A stretch of DNA of 64,000 nucleotides from Octopus sinensis. Its lineage: Eukaryota. Under the pieces are notes generated by a model. The model was not told the DNA's origin. It saw nothing but the letters and a program-made list of their open reading frames with translations, and made no database searches. Below are positions 13,749 to 26,209 of this stretch, in pieces; the first letter of the stretch is position 1, and each line of letters starts with the position of its first letter. A program made the translations under genes and the position numbers. The stretch lies in assembly GCF_006345805.1 (NCBI RefSeq), contig NC_042997.1, positions 121,396,001 through 121,460,000 of the forward strand. Direction: 5' to 3'.

Positions 13749-13959
13749 GCGTGTGTGTGTGTATGTGTGTGTGCAGTATATAATATATATAGACGTAGGC
13801 GTGCCTTGATGCTCACTTCTGGACCACATGGTTCTGATTTCAGTCCTACTACGTAGCACTCTGGACAAATGTCTTGGAAATGGATGTGGTTGACGGAAAT
13901 GGAAAGAAACACGTCACATAGATGTCACATATATGCAGTCTATATTGTCCTTTCAAAAT

Positions 13960-15130
13960 TTCATCGAGACAAAAGAGTCGCCCCAGGTGGTTTCCATCGG
14001 TTCTTCTACGTGTCCTAGCACGTATCCTGGTGGTTCCTCTGGCATCTCTTTTCAATCTTTCACTTAAGCAAGGAATTGCACCGGAAGACTGGAAGAAAGC
14101 GACCGCATGTCCAATATTCAAAAAGGGCAGTAAGGAAGTCCCCCTTAATTATCGACCGGTCAGTCTAACATCCATCATTCATCAAAGTCATAGAGACCAT
14201 CGTCAAGAAATCTATCTTGAAACATCTTACTTCAAATGCTATATCCCACTCGCAGCATGGATTTCTACCCCGAAAACCTTGCCTAACAATTCTTCTCCTT
14301 CTTGAAGAGTAGATTACAAGGACCAGGGATGAAAAACACTCGGTGGACGTGGTATTTTTGGAGCTTGCAAAGGTGTTTGACTCCATTAATCACCGACGCT
14401 TGCGCAAACAAGATTCACCATTGGTTACTTCGTGGATTTCTTCCTTCCTGAGCCATCGAACCTTTTGGGTGCTGATAAATGGTGATCTCTCCGCGGAAAC
14501 GAATACCTGCAGCGGCGTTCCCCAGGGGCCGGTACTGGGGCCAATACTTTTCCTTCTCCATATCAACGACCTGCCAGATTTTCTTGATGTAAGAGTCCTC
14601 CTATTTGCAGGCGACGTTAAACTCGTCTCGCTTAGGAAGCAATACTACATAAGTCAATCGTCGCTGAACCGAGCTTGGAATTCGGCGGAAGAATGGGATC
14701 TGCCCTTGAACGCCTCAAAATGCAGTTATTTGCCAATAGGTTCACCTCCAAACTCTCCCTTGTCTATTGGCCTCAAACGCAAACATCTTAAGATGGTTAC
14801 TGAAGAAAATGATCTCAGCATAATGATCTATACTACTTTCAAACCAACACGGCAGTGCGTCAAGGCCGTGAACAAGGCCAGAAGTAATCTTCTCCTCATC
14901 CGCCGGTACTTTGTCAACCTTCCAATGGACGTCTTTCGGCCTTTATACGTCACTCTAGTTCGATCCATCCTCGAATATAGCATCCAAGTCTCAAACCCAT
15001 ATCTCTAGACAGACATTCAGCTCCTGCAATGGGTTCAGCGCTTAGCCACCCGAATGGTCGCGGGCTTGTCTAAGCTTACGTATGAGGAACGTCTCCAACG
15101 GCTGGAATTACCTTCACTCGAACGACGGTA
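13960..15130 (+). mobile_element. CR1-group LINE reverse transcriptase remnant
   Basis: PEDWKKA..CPIFKKG..NYRPVSLTS, VFLELAKVFD, SGVPQGPVLGPILF, FAGD (FADD mutated), ILEYS; frameshifted. Confidence 0.85.
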
Positions 15131-15744
15131 GTGTTGCATGTTTACCTTTCCATGCACGCCACCATCACTGAACCAAAACAATGGTATTCCACATTTCATA
15201 GCTTGCTGCTATCTTAGCCCGCTCCTGAACAGCCTAGCGCCCGGCCATCTGAACAGTAAAAAATAAGAAAATAAGCCAATAAGAAAATAAGAAACCCCCA
15301 AAGATGTTTTCGTCATGACTTCAGTGACACTAAAAATTCTATAAGCAATTTCTAACGCCTAGTTACTTTCTACGCACCTTGTATATTCTTGATTTACTGA
15401 AATTATCTCTGCTTTCAAAGATAGAAACATCGCTCGGTCACAAACAACGTATATTTATCTAGTTATTTATCAATTTTTCGATCAATCTATCATTCTATTT
15501 ATACACACACATACACATACACACATACACATACATGTGTTTGTATTAAATACATAGCAACATACTTTCATACATATAAATTAATATACATATATACACG
15601 CATATATTTTCTACATGCAAACATTTATGAATCCATTTATCAATCTATCTCAGTCTCTCCAAATACATGCATGGTACTTGGACAAGTGTCCTCTATTATA
15701 GTGTCTTGAGCAAGTGTCTTCTATTATAGCCCCGAACTTTTATT

Positions 15745-15880
<136 letters not shown>

Positions 15881-16478
15881 TTTGGGGTTAGCCCGCGCTC
15901 TTGACCACAATGCCATACGCCCGTGGGCAATTATAGAGTGAATTCTAAGGCTTATAAATTTAATATTTTTCTATCCTTCCTTAATACCGGTTCCCATATG
16001 CTACTCATATCTGCATTCGGTCTGCTTAGGTGGTTGTTGTGTCCTAGCATATGTGCTGCTTCTTTTAGTTTTCGTATTTTCCAGTGTTCTCTGTCTATTA
16101 TTTTAACTTCATCCTGCAGGGGTAGGTGGTCTCCATTTTTCCATACATGATCAGCTATACCAGATTTATCAATATCTCCTCGTGTAACAGCTTTGCTATG
16201 TTCCTCTACCCTAATTTTGAGGAGCAGCATGGTTCGCCTTTGTATAACCTACTGCAGATGCATGGGATCGAGTACGCGCATTCTTTGGTCATATTCTCTT
16301 CTATTGGTGGTTTTACCTGAAGAAGATATTTGCGAAGTGTCGTATTACCCTTGAATACTGTCCTGATGTCATATGGGCCGCATATTTTCTGTATCTTTTC
16401 AGAGAGGCCATTCATATAGGGAAGACAGACTGTAGACAGTTTACTGTTTTTATCCTATCTTTTCTTCCTCATTGGTGG
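15881..16478 (-). mobile_element. Penelope-like element (Penelope/Poseidon type) 3' end: GIY-YIG domain plus tRNA-like 3' repeat
   Basis: STVCLPYMNGLSEKI...AYSIPCIC.RLYKGE...LKIRVEEH...KSGIADHVW...RKLKEA; frameshifted. About 30 nt after the stop (15952) comes GGGCGTATGGCATTGTGGTCAAGAGCGCGGGCTA, a truncated copy of the tRNA-like head. Confidence 0.8.
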
Positions 16479-16570
<92 letters not shown>

Positions 16571-16634
16571 GTGATGGTGATGATGATGATGATGATGATG
16601 ATGGTGATGGTGATGGTGATGGTGATGATGATGG

Positions 16635-17192
<558 letters not shown>

Positions 17193-17301
17193 AAGAAGAA
17201 GAAGAAGAAGAAGAAGAAGAAGAAGAAGAAGAAGAAGAAGAAGAAGAAGAAGAAGAAGAAGAAGAAGAAGAAGAGAAGAAGAAGAAAAAAAAAAAAAAGA
17301 A

Positions 17302-18669
17302 GTGCAAGGATTTTGGAATAAAATCTGGGCAGAAGAAAAAACTCACAACGAAAAGGCCCCCTGGATTGACAGAATATCTACAGAACTGGACCCCTTAGAA
17401 GAGCAAAAGTGGGAGGGTGTCAAGGTAGAAGATATAAGATCTGCTCTCAGGAGGTCAAGCAAATGGAAGTCTCCAGGAAAGGATAAAATTCCTAACTTCT
17501 GGCTGAATGCCTTCCCAGAGAAACATGAACTGCTAACAGAACTGTACAATGATGTTTTGCAACACCCTAGTAGGATGCCTCCTTGGCTAGTTAATGGGTT
17601 AACATTCCTGCTTCCAAAAAGTGAAGAAACAAATGAACCAAAAAACTATAGACCCATAACCTGCTTAACAACTATGTACAAAACACTAACATCTGTCCTG
17701 ACGGAATATACCTATAGTTTTTTAACAGACAGCAGCATATTCCCTAATGAACAGAAAGGATGTAAACGTGGATCCTACGGCTGTAAAGACCAACTACTCA
17801 TCAATAAGATGATCTTAGAAGATTGTCACAAACGACACAAAAACTTATCAATAGCCTGGATAGACTATAAAAAGGCTTTTGATAGCCTACCACATAGCTG
17901 GATTAGGAAATGCCTGGAAATGTATAAGATAGCACCTACACTGCGAAACTTCTTGACTGTAAGTATGAGATCATGGAGAACCACACTAACTCTGAACAGT
18001 GACAATGAATCCCTAAATGCTGGTGATGTAAAAATTTCGTGTGGCATTTTCCAGGGTGACTCACTGTCACCACTCCTCTTTTGTTTATCCTTAATACCTC
18101 TCTCAAAGCTGCTCAATGACGCGCAGTACGGGTATAAAATGTTTGATAAAAATATAAATCATCTCGTTTACATGGATGATTTAAAGCTTTTTGCAAAAAA
18201 TGACCAACAACTCAAGGGCTTACTAGCGATAGTCAAACAATTCAGGGACGACATCAGAATGCAATTCGGCCTCGATAAATGTGCAAAGGCTACCTTTATC
18301 AAAGGAAAAATGACAGAAACATCTAACGTTAACCTTGACCAACAGAATGTCATAAAAGAACTAGACCCAGCGGAGAGCTACAAGTACCTAGGGGTAATTG
18401 AAGGGAACGGAATAAGGCATTCAGAGATGAAGGAAAGGATCAGGAGAGAATGCTATCGAAGAGTGAGAGCAATACTCAAGACAGAGCTGAATGCAAGAAA
18501 CAGGATCGAAGCGATCAATGCATTAGCCATACCGGTCGTGACTTACAGTTTCAATATTAACTGGTCAATTACAGAAATATGTCAGCTCGACAGAAAAATA
18601 AGGAAACTGTTGACAATGCATAGAATGCACCTCCCTAAGGCAGATACAGAACGACTCTATCTGCCATGA
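17302..18669 (+). CDS. Reverse transcriptase of R4/Dong-like LINE (interrupted)
   Basis: 455-aa ORF containing the RT motifs including YMDD. Confidence 0.85.
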   Translation: MQGFWNKIWAEEKTHNEKAPWIDRISTELDPLEEQKWEGVKVEDIRSALRRSSKWKSPGKDKIPNFWLNAFPEKHELLTELYNDVLQHPSRMPPWLVNGLTFLLPKSEETNEPKNYRPITCLTTMYKTLTSVLTEYTYSFLTDSSIFPNEQKGCKRGSYGCKDQLLINKMILEDCHKRHKNLSIAWIDYKKAFDSLPHSWIRKCLEMYKIAPTLRNFLTVSMRSWRTTLTLNSDNESLNAGDVKISCGIFQGDSLSPLLFCLSLIPLSKLLNDAQYGYKMFDKNINHLVYMDDLKLFAKNDQQLKGLLAIVKQFRDDIRMQFGLDKCAKATFIKGKMTETSNVNLDQQNVIKELDPAESYKYLGVIEGNGIRHSEMKERIRRECYRRVRAILKTELNARNRIEAINALAIPVVTYSFNINWSITEICQLDRKIRKLLTMHRMHLPKADTERLYLP

Positions 18670-19960
18670 AAAGAGGGAGGCCGTGGTCTTTTGCAACTGG
18701 CAATAACAATGAAGATTGCTACAATTGGCCTAGACACCTACCTGAAAAACTCTGAGGACTGGATGTTAAAACTTGTCTGAAAACATGAAAACAAGAAAGC
18801 ATCATACTCAGTCACAAAACAGGCAAAGGAATATCTAAGTGAATTCCGAATACAACCAATTTCGGAATTAGAGATAGATATACAAGAAACAAGCACAGAA
18901 AAAGCTAGGCGCATGAAAACCCGTGCCAAAACTGCGGCCTTAGATATTCTGAATAATAAATGGCAAGAAAAACCTCTCTATGGCAAATACCCAAAGAGAG
19001 AGAATAATGCAGATATCGACAAAGCCCTGACCCATCAATGGCTAATGGCCTCTGGCTTAAAATCTGAAACATCGGGGTTTATCATAGCAGCTCAAGATAA
19101 ATGCCTACCAACAAGAAACTACCAGGCCAACATATTAAAGAACGGCAGTAGCCCAACATGTCGCGTATGCCGACAACAAAATGAAACCATTGACCATGTT
19201 GTCTCCAAATGCAGTCTTCTAGCGCCTACAGAGTACCTCAGTAGGCATGGTAGAGCTGCACAATATATTCACTGGGTAATTTGCAAAAACCTGGATTTGC
19301 CCCATGAAAAAAACTGGTGGGAACACAATCCACCTCCTGTGCTTGAAAATGACCACATCTCACTCCTCTGGAACTTCACTTCACCATTCAAACTGACAGG
19401 AAGATAAATGCAAATAGGCCAGACATTATATTGAAAGACTTCAGACAAAGAACATGCCTCCTCATTGATATGACTGTCCCAATCGATATAAACGTATCTG
19501 TCAAGACCTACCAAAAGCTGAGCAAATATAAAGATCTTGAAATAGAAATCAGCAAAATGTGGAAGCTGAAGACTAAAACAATACCTGTTGTCATAGGTGC
19601 CCTGGGAATGATAGCGAAAGGGACTGATTGCTACCTAACTCAGATACCAGGAAACCCCAAAATGGCAGAAATTCAAAAGATAGTGCTCATGGGAACTGCT
19701 CATATCCTACGCAAAATACTCTCTATGTAATCCCAAGGTTTAAAACAAACTTTTTTTTGTTTGTTTATTTATTTATTTATTTTTATGTATTAGACATTCA
19801 CTAGTACAACACCAAAAAAAAGAGGAAAGGAAAAAACCAAAGAAAAAAAAACCAAATATATGGCACAGAACTTCCAACCTGTTGTCTCTTGAGGTCTCTG
19901 GGTGAGACTTGGAGCCAACTTGTACAGACATAAAGCAAAAGTCAAACATAGAATAATAAT
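17302..19960 (+). mobile_element. R4/Dong-clade LINE, 5'-truncated: RT + CCHC + REL endonuclease + 3' UTR
   Basis: KSPGKD, YRPITCL, IDYKKAFD, GIFQGDSLSP, YMDDLKL, CRVC...HVVSKC, RPDII, KLSKYKDL; two in-frame TGA stops (18667 and about 18778) and a 5-nt duplication frameshift near 19375; (AAT)n tail. Confidence 0.92.
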
Positions 19961-19970
19961 AATAATAATA

Positions 19971-20520
19971 TGCAGTACCAGGCAATGGCTCTCATGGCTT
20001 CTGATCTTAACTGATTGGAAGTGTTATCATGTACATTGTTTTGTCTTGGTATAAAAGATGGGCTACAGCAAATATTCTGCTCAATACCACAGATTTGCTT
20101 GTCAGTTGTTTGACCTTAACCAGTTGAGCATGTCCCTTAGTGGCTGACGATATGTGCATCTCTGATCACGAGCAGAAGTAGTGGGGGAGCATCATAGCCA
20201 TGTGTTGAGAGGGATTCTTTGGGGTTTGAATAATTCACCTCTGGAAACATGGGTGGTTCTTTCAACATCCTTAAACAACCCTTATTCAGGGACCGTTTGA
20301 GCGGGATGGGCTACTCAACCTGAAGAAAATTCTAACTGGGCCCCACCTGCAAGGTCATGTGCTGTTTATCTTGATATGAGATCACCATGTCGTGCACATA
20401 TGGTTGTGATGCATGTGCCTGGTGTGCCTTTATCAGACGGGTAGTCATGATGGGTATATTGGGCTTCGTATATTTTACCCCAGTGTCACTTTGATGGCAT
20501 GAACTGCTCTCTCACTCAAT
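19971..20520 (+). mobile_element. Non-coding interspersed repeat ending at (AAT)n; probable non-autonomous element or LINE 3' UTR
   Basis: Sits between two (AAT)n tracts in the same orientation as the R4 copies and ends CTCTCACTCAATAATAAT; no ORF recognised. Confidence 0.45.
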
Positions 20521-20527
20521 AATAATA

Positions 20528-20567
<40 letters not shown>

Positions 20568-20571
<4 letters not shown>

Positions 20572-20713
20572 TCGAAAAATACCTTAGGAATGAGAACCCA
20601 GATTCGAACTTTCCCCAAGACACCTGATGAAGGCTGGAGGGTGTAGCAGCTGAAACGTTGTGTTAACAACAAACGAGGACAAATATCCGTCAAATGTATA
20701 TAATGTGAATAAT
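20568..20713 (+). mobile_element. HHR-bearing tail of the tRNA-head/HHR repeat unit
   Basis: AACATCGAAAAATACCTTAGGAATGAGAACCCAG...AATGTATATAATGTGAATAAT aligns with 46328-46477 and with the minus strand of 24063-24215. Confidence 0.85.
20619..20664 (+). ncRNA. Minimal type I hammerhead ribozyme, core intact
   Basis: GACAC-CTGATGA-A-GGCTG(GAGGGTGTAG)CAGCT-GAA-ACGT-T-GTGTT; palindromic ACGT stem III as in dimer-forming minimal HHRs; GTT triplet, site after 20659. Confidence 0.75.
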
Positions 20714-20929
20714 GTATTTTATTTATGTCTACTAAGAGATTATGCCATCACCATGAAATATATGTTTTCTTTTTCTTTTTCTTTATGTGTTTACAGCGAT
20801 TTTGATGATGCATCTTCCTATGGTCATGTATGTTTGACACTGATTGGGTACAGCATGATGTCCCTTCTTAAAGATTTCTTCCTTTCAAACTTCAGCTGTG
20901 GCAGTAAGCAATGCAATTTAGAAGCAGAG

Positions 20930-21230
20930 ATAATTACATTGCCATATTCGGAAACTCTGTCAAAAACTCTGTAATGACTAATGACACTGCCTTACATGGA
21001 TATATTAAAAAAGAAACAGGTACAAAAGAAATACCTACAGATGATTGTCAGAATGAATCCTGATAATACCCAGAACAAATATGATCCACAGCTGCCGAAA
21101 ACATCAAGATATTACCTTCCAATGTTATATTGCATTGTCGCTAAAGCTATGTATACTGTCAGCCGAAAAGAATGACCGTCCTCAGATAAATATTTAAAAA
21201 TCAACCTGTTATTGAATACATACATAAATA
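20930..21230 (+). pseudogene. Possible decayed PLE (Neptune-like) RT C-terminal fragment
   Basis: YDPQLP..IKILPSNVILH...IFKNQPVI resembles the post-RT linker; several stops. Confidence 0.3.
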
Positions 21231-21277
21231 TGGACATAAGGAATATTAGTGGAATATTCCCATAAAAAGTTTTTAAA

Positions 21278-21669
21278 GGGCGTAGGAGTGGCTGTGTGGT
21301 AAGTAGCTTACTTACGAACTGCATGGTTCCGGGCTTAATCCCACTGCGTGGCACCTTGGGCAAGTGTCTTCTACTATAGCCTCGGGCCGACCAAAGCCTT
21401 GTGAGTGGATTTGCTAGACGGAAACTGAAAGAAGCTCGTCGTATATATGTATATGTGTGTGTGTTTGTGTCTCTGGGTTTGTCCTCTCAGCATCACTTGA
21501 CAACCGATACTGGTGTGTTTACGTCCCCGTAACTTAGCGGTTCGGTAAAAGAGACCGATAGAATAAGTACCAGGCTTTCACAGAATGAGTCCTGGGGTCG
21601 ATTTGCTCGACTAAAGGCGGTGCTTTAGCATGGCCACAGTCAAAATTACTGAAACAAGTAAAAGAGTAA
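21278..21669 (+). mobile_element. tRNA-derived SINE with internal (TA)/(TG) tract, full length
   Basis: GGCGTAGGAGTGGCTGTGTGGTAAG A-box, GGGCTTAATCCC B-box-like, AAAGAGT tail; matches 39736, 41742 and 62233. Confidence 0.9.
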
Positions 21670-22184
21670 GGGCAAACATAAGAGGTCGGATATCGTTGTC
21701 TAGAACAGACTTAAAAAAAAGCATGTACTGTCGTAGAGATTAGCTGCCTTGCTAATGTGAATATTCTTTTCAAAATCAGAGACAGCCAGAATAGCTACAG
21801 ACAACTGCTTCGACACCTTTGGCTTTTATACCCAGATTGTAAGTTCCCATAATAATTGGTAGACTCAGTTTTGTGAGTAAATACCTAAATGACAATCAGG
21901 AAAAATCTAATACTTCTAGAAACGGAAAAACCAGCTAACTTACAGGTTCCAAGTTCAAATTGCTAGCGGAATAGTAATATATATCTTAGACATTTCGTAA
22001 ATTCAACATGGGACATCGTTTTTGTTATTTATATTCCAATGATAGAGATTCGTCTGTTCGTTAGAATCCAGCCCCTTCTTTACTGGATGATTTCAAATAT
22101 TTTATAAAAACAAGAGAATACCAATATATACAAACATACATACATACATACATACATACATACATACATACATACATACATACA

Positions 22185-22218
<34 letters not shown>

Positions 22219-22223
22219 CATAC

Positions 22224-22447
22224 GGCGAGCTGGCAGAAATGTTAGCGCGCCGGGCGAAATGCTTACCGGTAATTCGTCTGTCGTTACGTTCTGAGTTCAA
22301 ATTCCACCGAGGTCGACTTTGCCTTTCATCCTTTTGGGGTCGATAAATAAAGTACCAGTTTCGCACTGGGGTCAATGTAATCGACTTAATCCCTTTGTCT
22401 GTCCTTGTTTGTCCCCTCTGTGTTTAGCCCCTTGTGGGCAGTAAATA
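22224..22447 (+). mobile_element. tRNA-derived SINE (GAGCTGGCAGAA family, TTAGCCCCTTGTGGG tail)
   Basis: Head, GAGTTCAAATTCC B-box and tail all present. Confidence 0.9.
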
Positions 22448-24062
22448 AATATATATACATACATACATACATGTATATATAATACATATATACATAGGTA
22501 TGTACATGCATACATACACACATACATACATGCCTAGAAACATACATGCAGACATGCAGACATACATACATACATACATACATACATACATACATACATA
22601 CAAGCAAAGGAGAAAGCTGACTCGAAGACCGAAGACTACAGATTCTAGCCATCACTAAAACTGTAAGAATCTGTAAAACTTTCCAAAAGTGTATGTAAGT
22701 ATATATGTACATGTCTAAATATGTACATATTGGTATATGTATGAGAAGACATACATAAAAACAGAGCATACAAATCTGTACATATACATACATAAAAAAA
22801 TCCTATTGATGTTGTTGAAATTCTATTGAAGGAGCCTTGGATCTCGGTCAGAAATTGGCTTTTTCTCTATTGTCAAAAAATACTTGAAATATAACTGGAT
22901 AATGACATACATGCAAATCGGAGCGCAAAGAGCTGGAACAAGTACTACACGTAATTTTGTTCTATGGTGTAACGATGCTGGTAATTGGCCACGTTTCTAA
23001 AATATCCCCCAGCGTTTCATATGTTGTCTGAAATAAATTCTTTTTGTGTAATCTAATTGTATTTTTTCCAAATATGTTGTGACGTTGGCACAATGAAGTG
23101 ACCATCGTTACAAGCCATAATCTAATAATGCACAGTAGACAATGCTCGTAGCTACTGACAAAATAGTTTCCACTGAATGAGAAGGATTTTTTCTCTTTTT
23201 GTTCTGGATTATATTCGCATTATTCTGACAACATTCTGCACATTTTGCTTTTTTATTGTGTGTGTTTTAGTGATTCGTCTTTCATTTTTTATTATGTGCA
23301 TGGAAGAATATGTCATCACTCATTACAGCTCCATTCTTCAGCAGCATTTCTGACTAAGGTATTGCAATTTTCTCTACATCCGAATTGGATTGTGTAGCAG
23401 AAATAACACTAAGTTCTTGAAATTATTTTCCCCTGAATTACATGTTCTTTATTTATCCAACCTGTATAATGCGTTGCAACACATTTGTAGTCGTTTCACA
23501 TCTCGGGAATTCTTTCGTTGCATTTAATATTATCCACGTGGATTCTGAGATTAGCTGCATTGACAAATGGGATGACATCAACGCCACTGTAACCAAAGGA
23601 AACAGTTATAAGACTGCCTCGTGGGGTAATCTACTCTGAATAGTTGAACATTTAATGTCCTTATGATGAAGCTCGAGAGCAGTGAATATTTCTTGCCCGT
23701 AGGTAGACACATTCTTATGAGATTCAGATGAAGTATATTACATCAGTTAAACTAAAAAAATTATCAGAAAACAACGGTACCCTAGGCTAAAGAAAAAAAA
23801 ATGACTCCCCAATTTTGGGTACAGATTCAGCCATTTCCCTATTCATTCCAGCATACTGAGGCTCTTGGATTTATGATAAATTATTTTATAATCAACTTTA
23901 GAGAAATCATTTACCAAGCATAGCGTTAGATATCTGTATGTGTCTATCTGGTTGTCTGCAATGGCCTCCATGCATAACTTTGCTGGAGTTGATTGGGATA
24001 ACTTTTCTTTAGGATTAAACATTGTTGGAGATCATATCAAAAGCTTAACATATTTATACTTC

Positions 24063-24237
24063 TTATTTACATCATTTACATTTGACGGATAATTGTTCTC
24101 ATCTTGTTTGTTGTTAACACAACGTTTTGGTTGATATGCCCTCCAGCCTTCATCAGGTATCTTGAGGAAATCTCGAACCTGGGTTCTCATTTCTAAGGTA
24201 TTTTTTGATATTGTTGTTGTTGCTGTTATTGTTGTTG

Positions 24238-24276
<39 letters not shown>

Positions 24277-24347
24277 TCACAGACTGGAATCGAACTCGGA
24301 TTCTTGGGGATAGTAGCCCGCTCTCTTAACCACTACGCCATATGCCC
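24063..24347 (-). mobile_element. tRNA-head + (AAT)n + HHR repeat unit, complete
   Basis: Minus strand: TGGCGTAGTGG A-box, GAGTTCGATTCC B-box, GTGACCTG, (AAT)n, tail with an HHR at 24116-24161 whose GAAA is mutated to AAAA. Confidence 0.85.
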
Positions 24348-24384
24348 ATGGGCATATGGCGTAGTGGTTAGATAGATAGATACA

Positions 24385-24465
24385 CTTTTACTCTTTTATT
24401 TGTTTCACTCATTTGACTGTGGCCACGCTGGAGCACCGCCTTTAGTCGAGCAAATCGACTCCAGC
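24385..24465 (-). mobile_element. SINE 3' fragment
   Basis: GAGCACCGCCTTTAGTCGAGCAAATCGAC is the reverse complement of the 21278-family tail. Confidence 0.75.
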
Positions 24466-24939
24466 ATACACACACACACGATTGATAGGTAGATTGAATT
24501 GTATATTTATACTTATATTGATACTTATATTTATAGTTGTATTTATAAAATATTTATACTTGTTTATTCTTTCCTACTCCTACTTAATATAGAAAGTCAC
24601 ACACGTAGGCCTCTAATAATAAACTTCTCTCCGGCTTCCACTTTAGAGAAACAGTTTTACTATATTCAAGGAAACATTGGAAATGTAACTGGAATCATTG
24701 GAAAATAGTCATCTTTTTGCGTGCTTTTGGGAGACAAAAAACTATTATGAAATCATCAATTTCTGCAGCTGTTGTTTCACTCGCTATGTTTATCGCAACT
24801 ATTATTACATCATCGTATTTGACCACTATCTAACTGAATGTTTGATATTTCTCTAAACGAAGCTAGAGTGTTTAATACCAATCTATCTGTCTGCCTGTTT
24901 ATCTGTCTATCTATCTATATGTCTGTCTATCTATCTAAA

Positions 24940-25815
24940 GCGAATGGGGCCGCGAGTGTCACGTTGCTCCCAAGCAACTATGCCGTCCCGAGTCGACCTT
25001 GAGCAACATCAACACAATCAAAGCGTTCTATAGGGGATTAGTGAAGGGGAGGTACGACGACGATATCGAGGCGAACCTGGGTGTCGACGAGGAATACCTG
25101 ACCCGCCTGTTGAAGACGACTTTCGGGCCGGAACCTATGGACAACTTCCAGAGATCTTTAGCCTGGCAGTGCTATCGAGAAGCGCTACCCGTTCGGGATA
25201 AGCTCTACAGGTATGGCTCGAGAAACACAAGGCCGACCTGTCCGAGATGCAGTCAGAGCAACGAAACCGTCCTGCAAGCACTTGTACAGTGTCCAACCAT
25301 TTCCGATCTGTGGGCCTATGTCGAACGACTGCTATCGCGTGTGGGACGAGTCAGTTTATGAACCGAGTCTATTGTGAATATTGTCGCGCCTCTTTCCTTG
25401 ATACGGGAAGGAAAAGCCATTTTCACCGTACTTGTGGCTATGGCGAAAGAATGTGTATGGTGGACGCGTCAAAAAGGTCTAGAGATAAACACTTTCCTCT
25501 CTGCTGAATCTCTCATCAACTTCTTCAAGTATCACTTGAAGAGGAAGGTGAGAGTGGAGAGGGAAGTGTTGTCTAGTGAATATTTCAAAAAAAGATGGGT
25601 GAATGTAGCAAGGATGGCACGTGTGAATGACGGAGCCAGCTTGAGTATAATCCAATGAAGCAAAAAAAAAAAAGAAAGGAAAAAGGAGAGCCACTTACTG
25701 TAATGAGTTTTTTTTTGCATGACACTATTGCCCAAGGTTCCTGTGGTCTTTTTCCGTAGACATTTCTATCCACGGATAAACCTATTTTTTTTTCCTTTTT
25801 ACATTGACATTTCAG
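24940..25815 (+). mobile_element. Tx1/L1-clade LINE 3' fragment (zf-RVT region and 3' UTR)
   Basis: LAWQCYREALPV...CPRC...ETVLQALVQCP..LW..VE...KECVWWTR; one in-frame stop at 25359. Confidence 0.75.
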
Positions 25816-25985
25816 TGATACACGATCCCTATTGATTGGCTACCTTCTTTTTTTCCACGATCTCTTTTGATCGGAATTCGACCTACTTTTCTTTTCTCTT
25901 TTTCTTCTCGTCTTCTCAAAAATAAAAGCTCTACTGTGCATTTTGTTCCCTCTTTGTTCAGCACTGTATGGCCAATAAAGAAACA

Positions 25986-26082
<97 letters not shown>

Positions 26083-26209
26083 TCAGACAGACAGATACAT
26101 ACATACATTCATACATACATACATACATACATACATACATACATACATACATGCATACATATATACATACATATATATATATACATATATACATGCATAC
26201 ATACATATA

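Noticed and set aside
18667-18780. In-frame TGA codons in the R4 LINE (and in maT, RTE and Tx1 copies) as selenocysteine or readthrough
   Set aside because: Where the expected residue is recognisable it is Arg or Trp (e.g. LP[R]KEGGRGL, LR[W]FGH), which fits single-base decay such as CpG deamination, and frameshifts are also present.
20140-20190. CTGACGA motif in the non-coding repeat
   Set aside because: It is followed by GAAG without stem III or stem I pairing.
23000-23750. Possible decayed DNA transposase on the minus strand
   Set aside because: I recognised no motif well enough to name a family.
24290-24347. Functional tRNA gene
   Set aside because: A and B boxes are good, but the acceptor stem is not closed and the sequence runs into a repeat body, so it is a tRNA-derived head.
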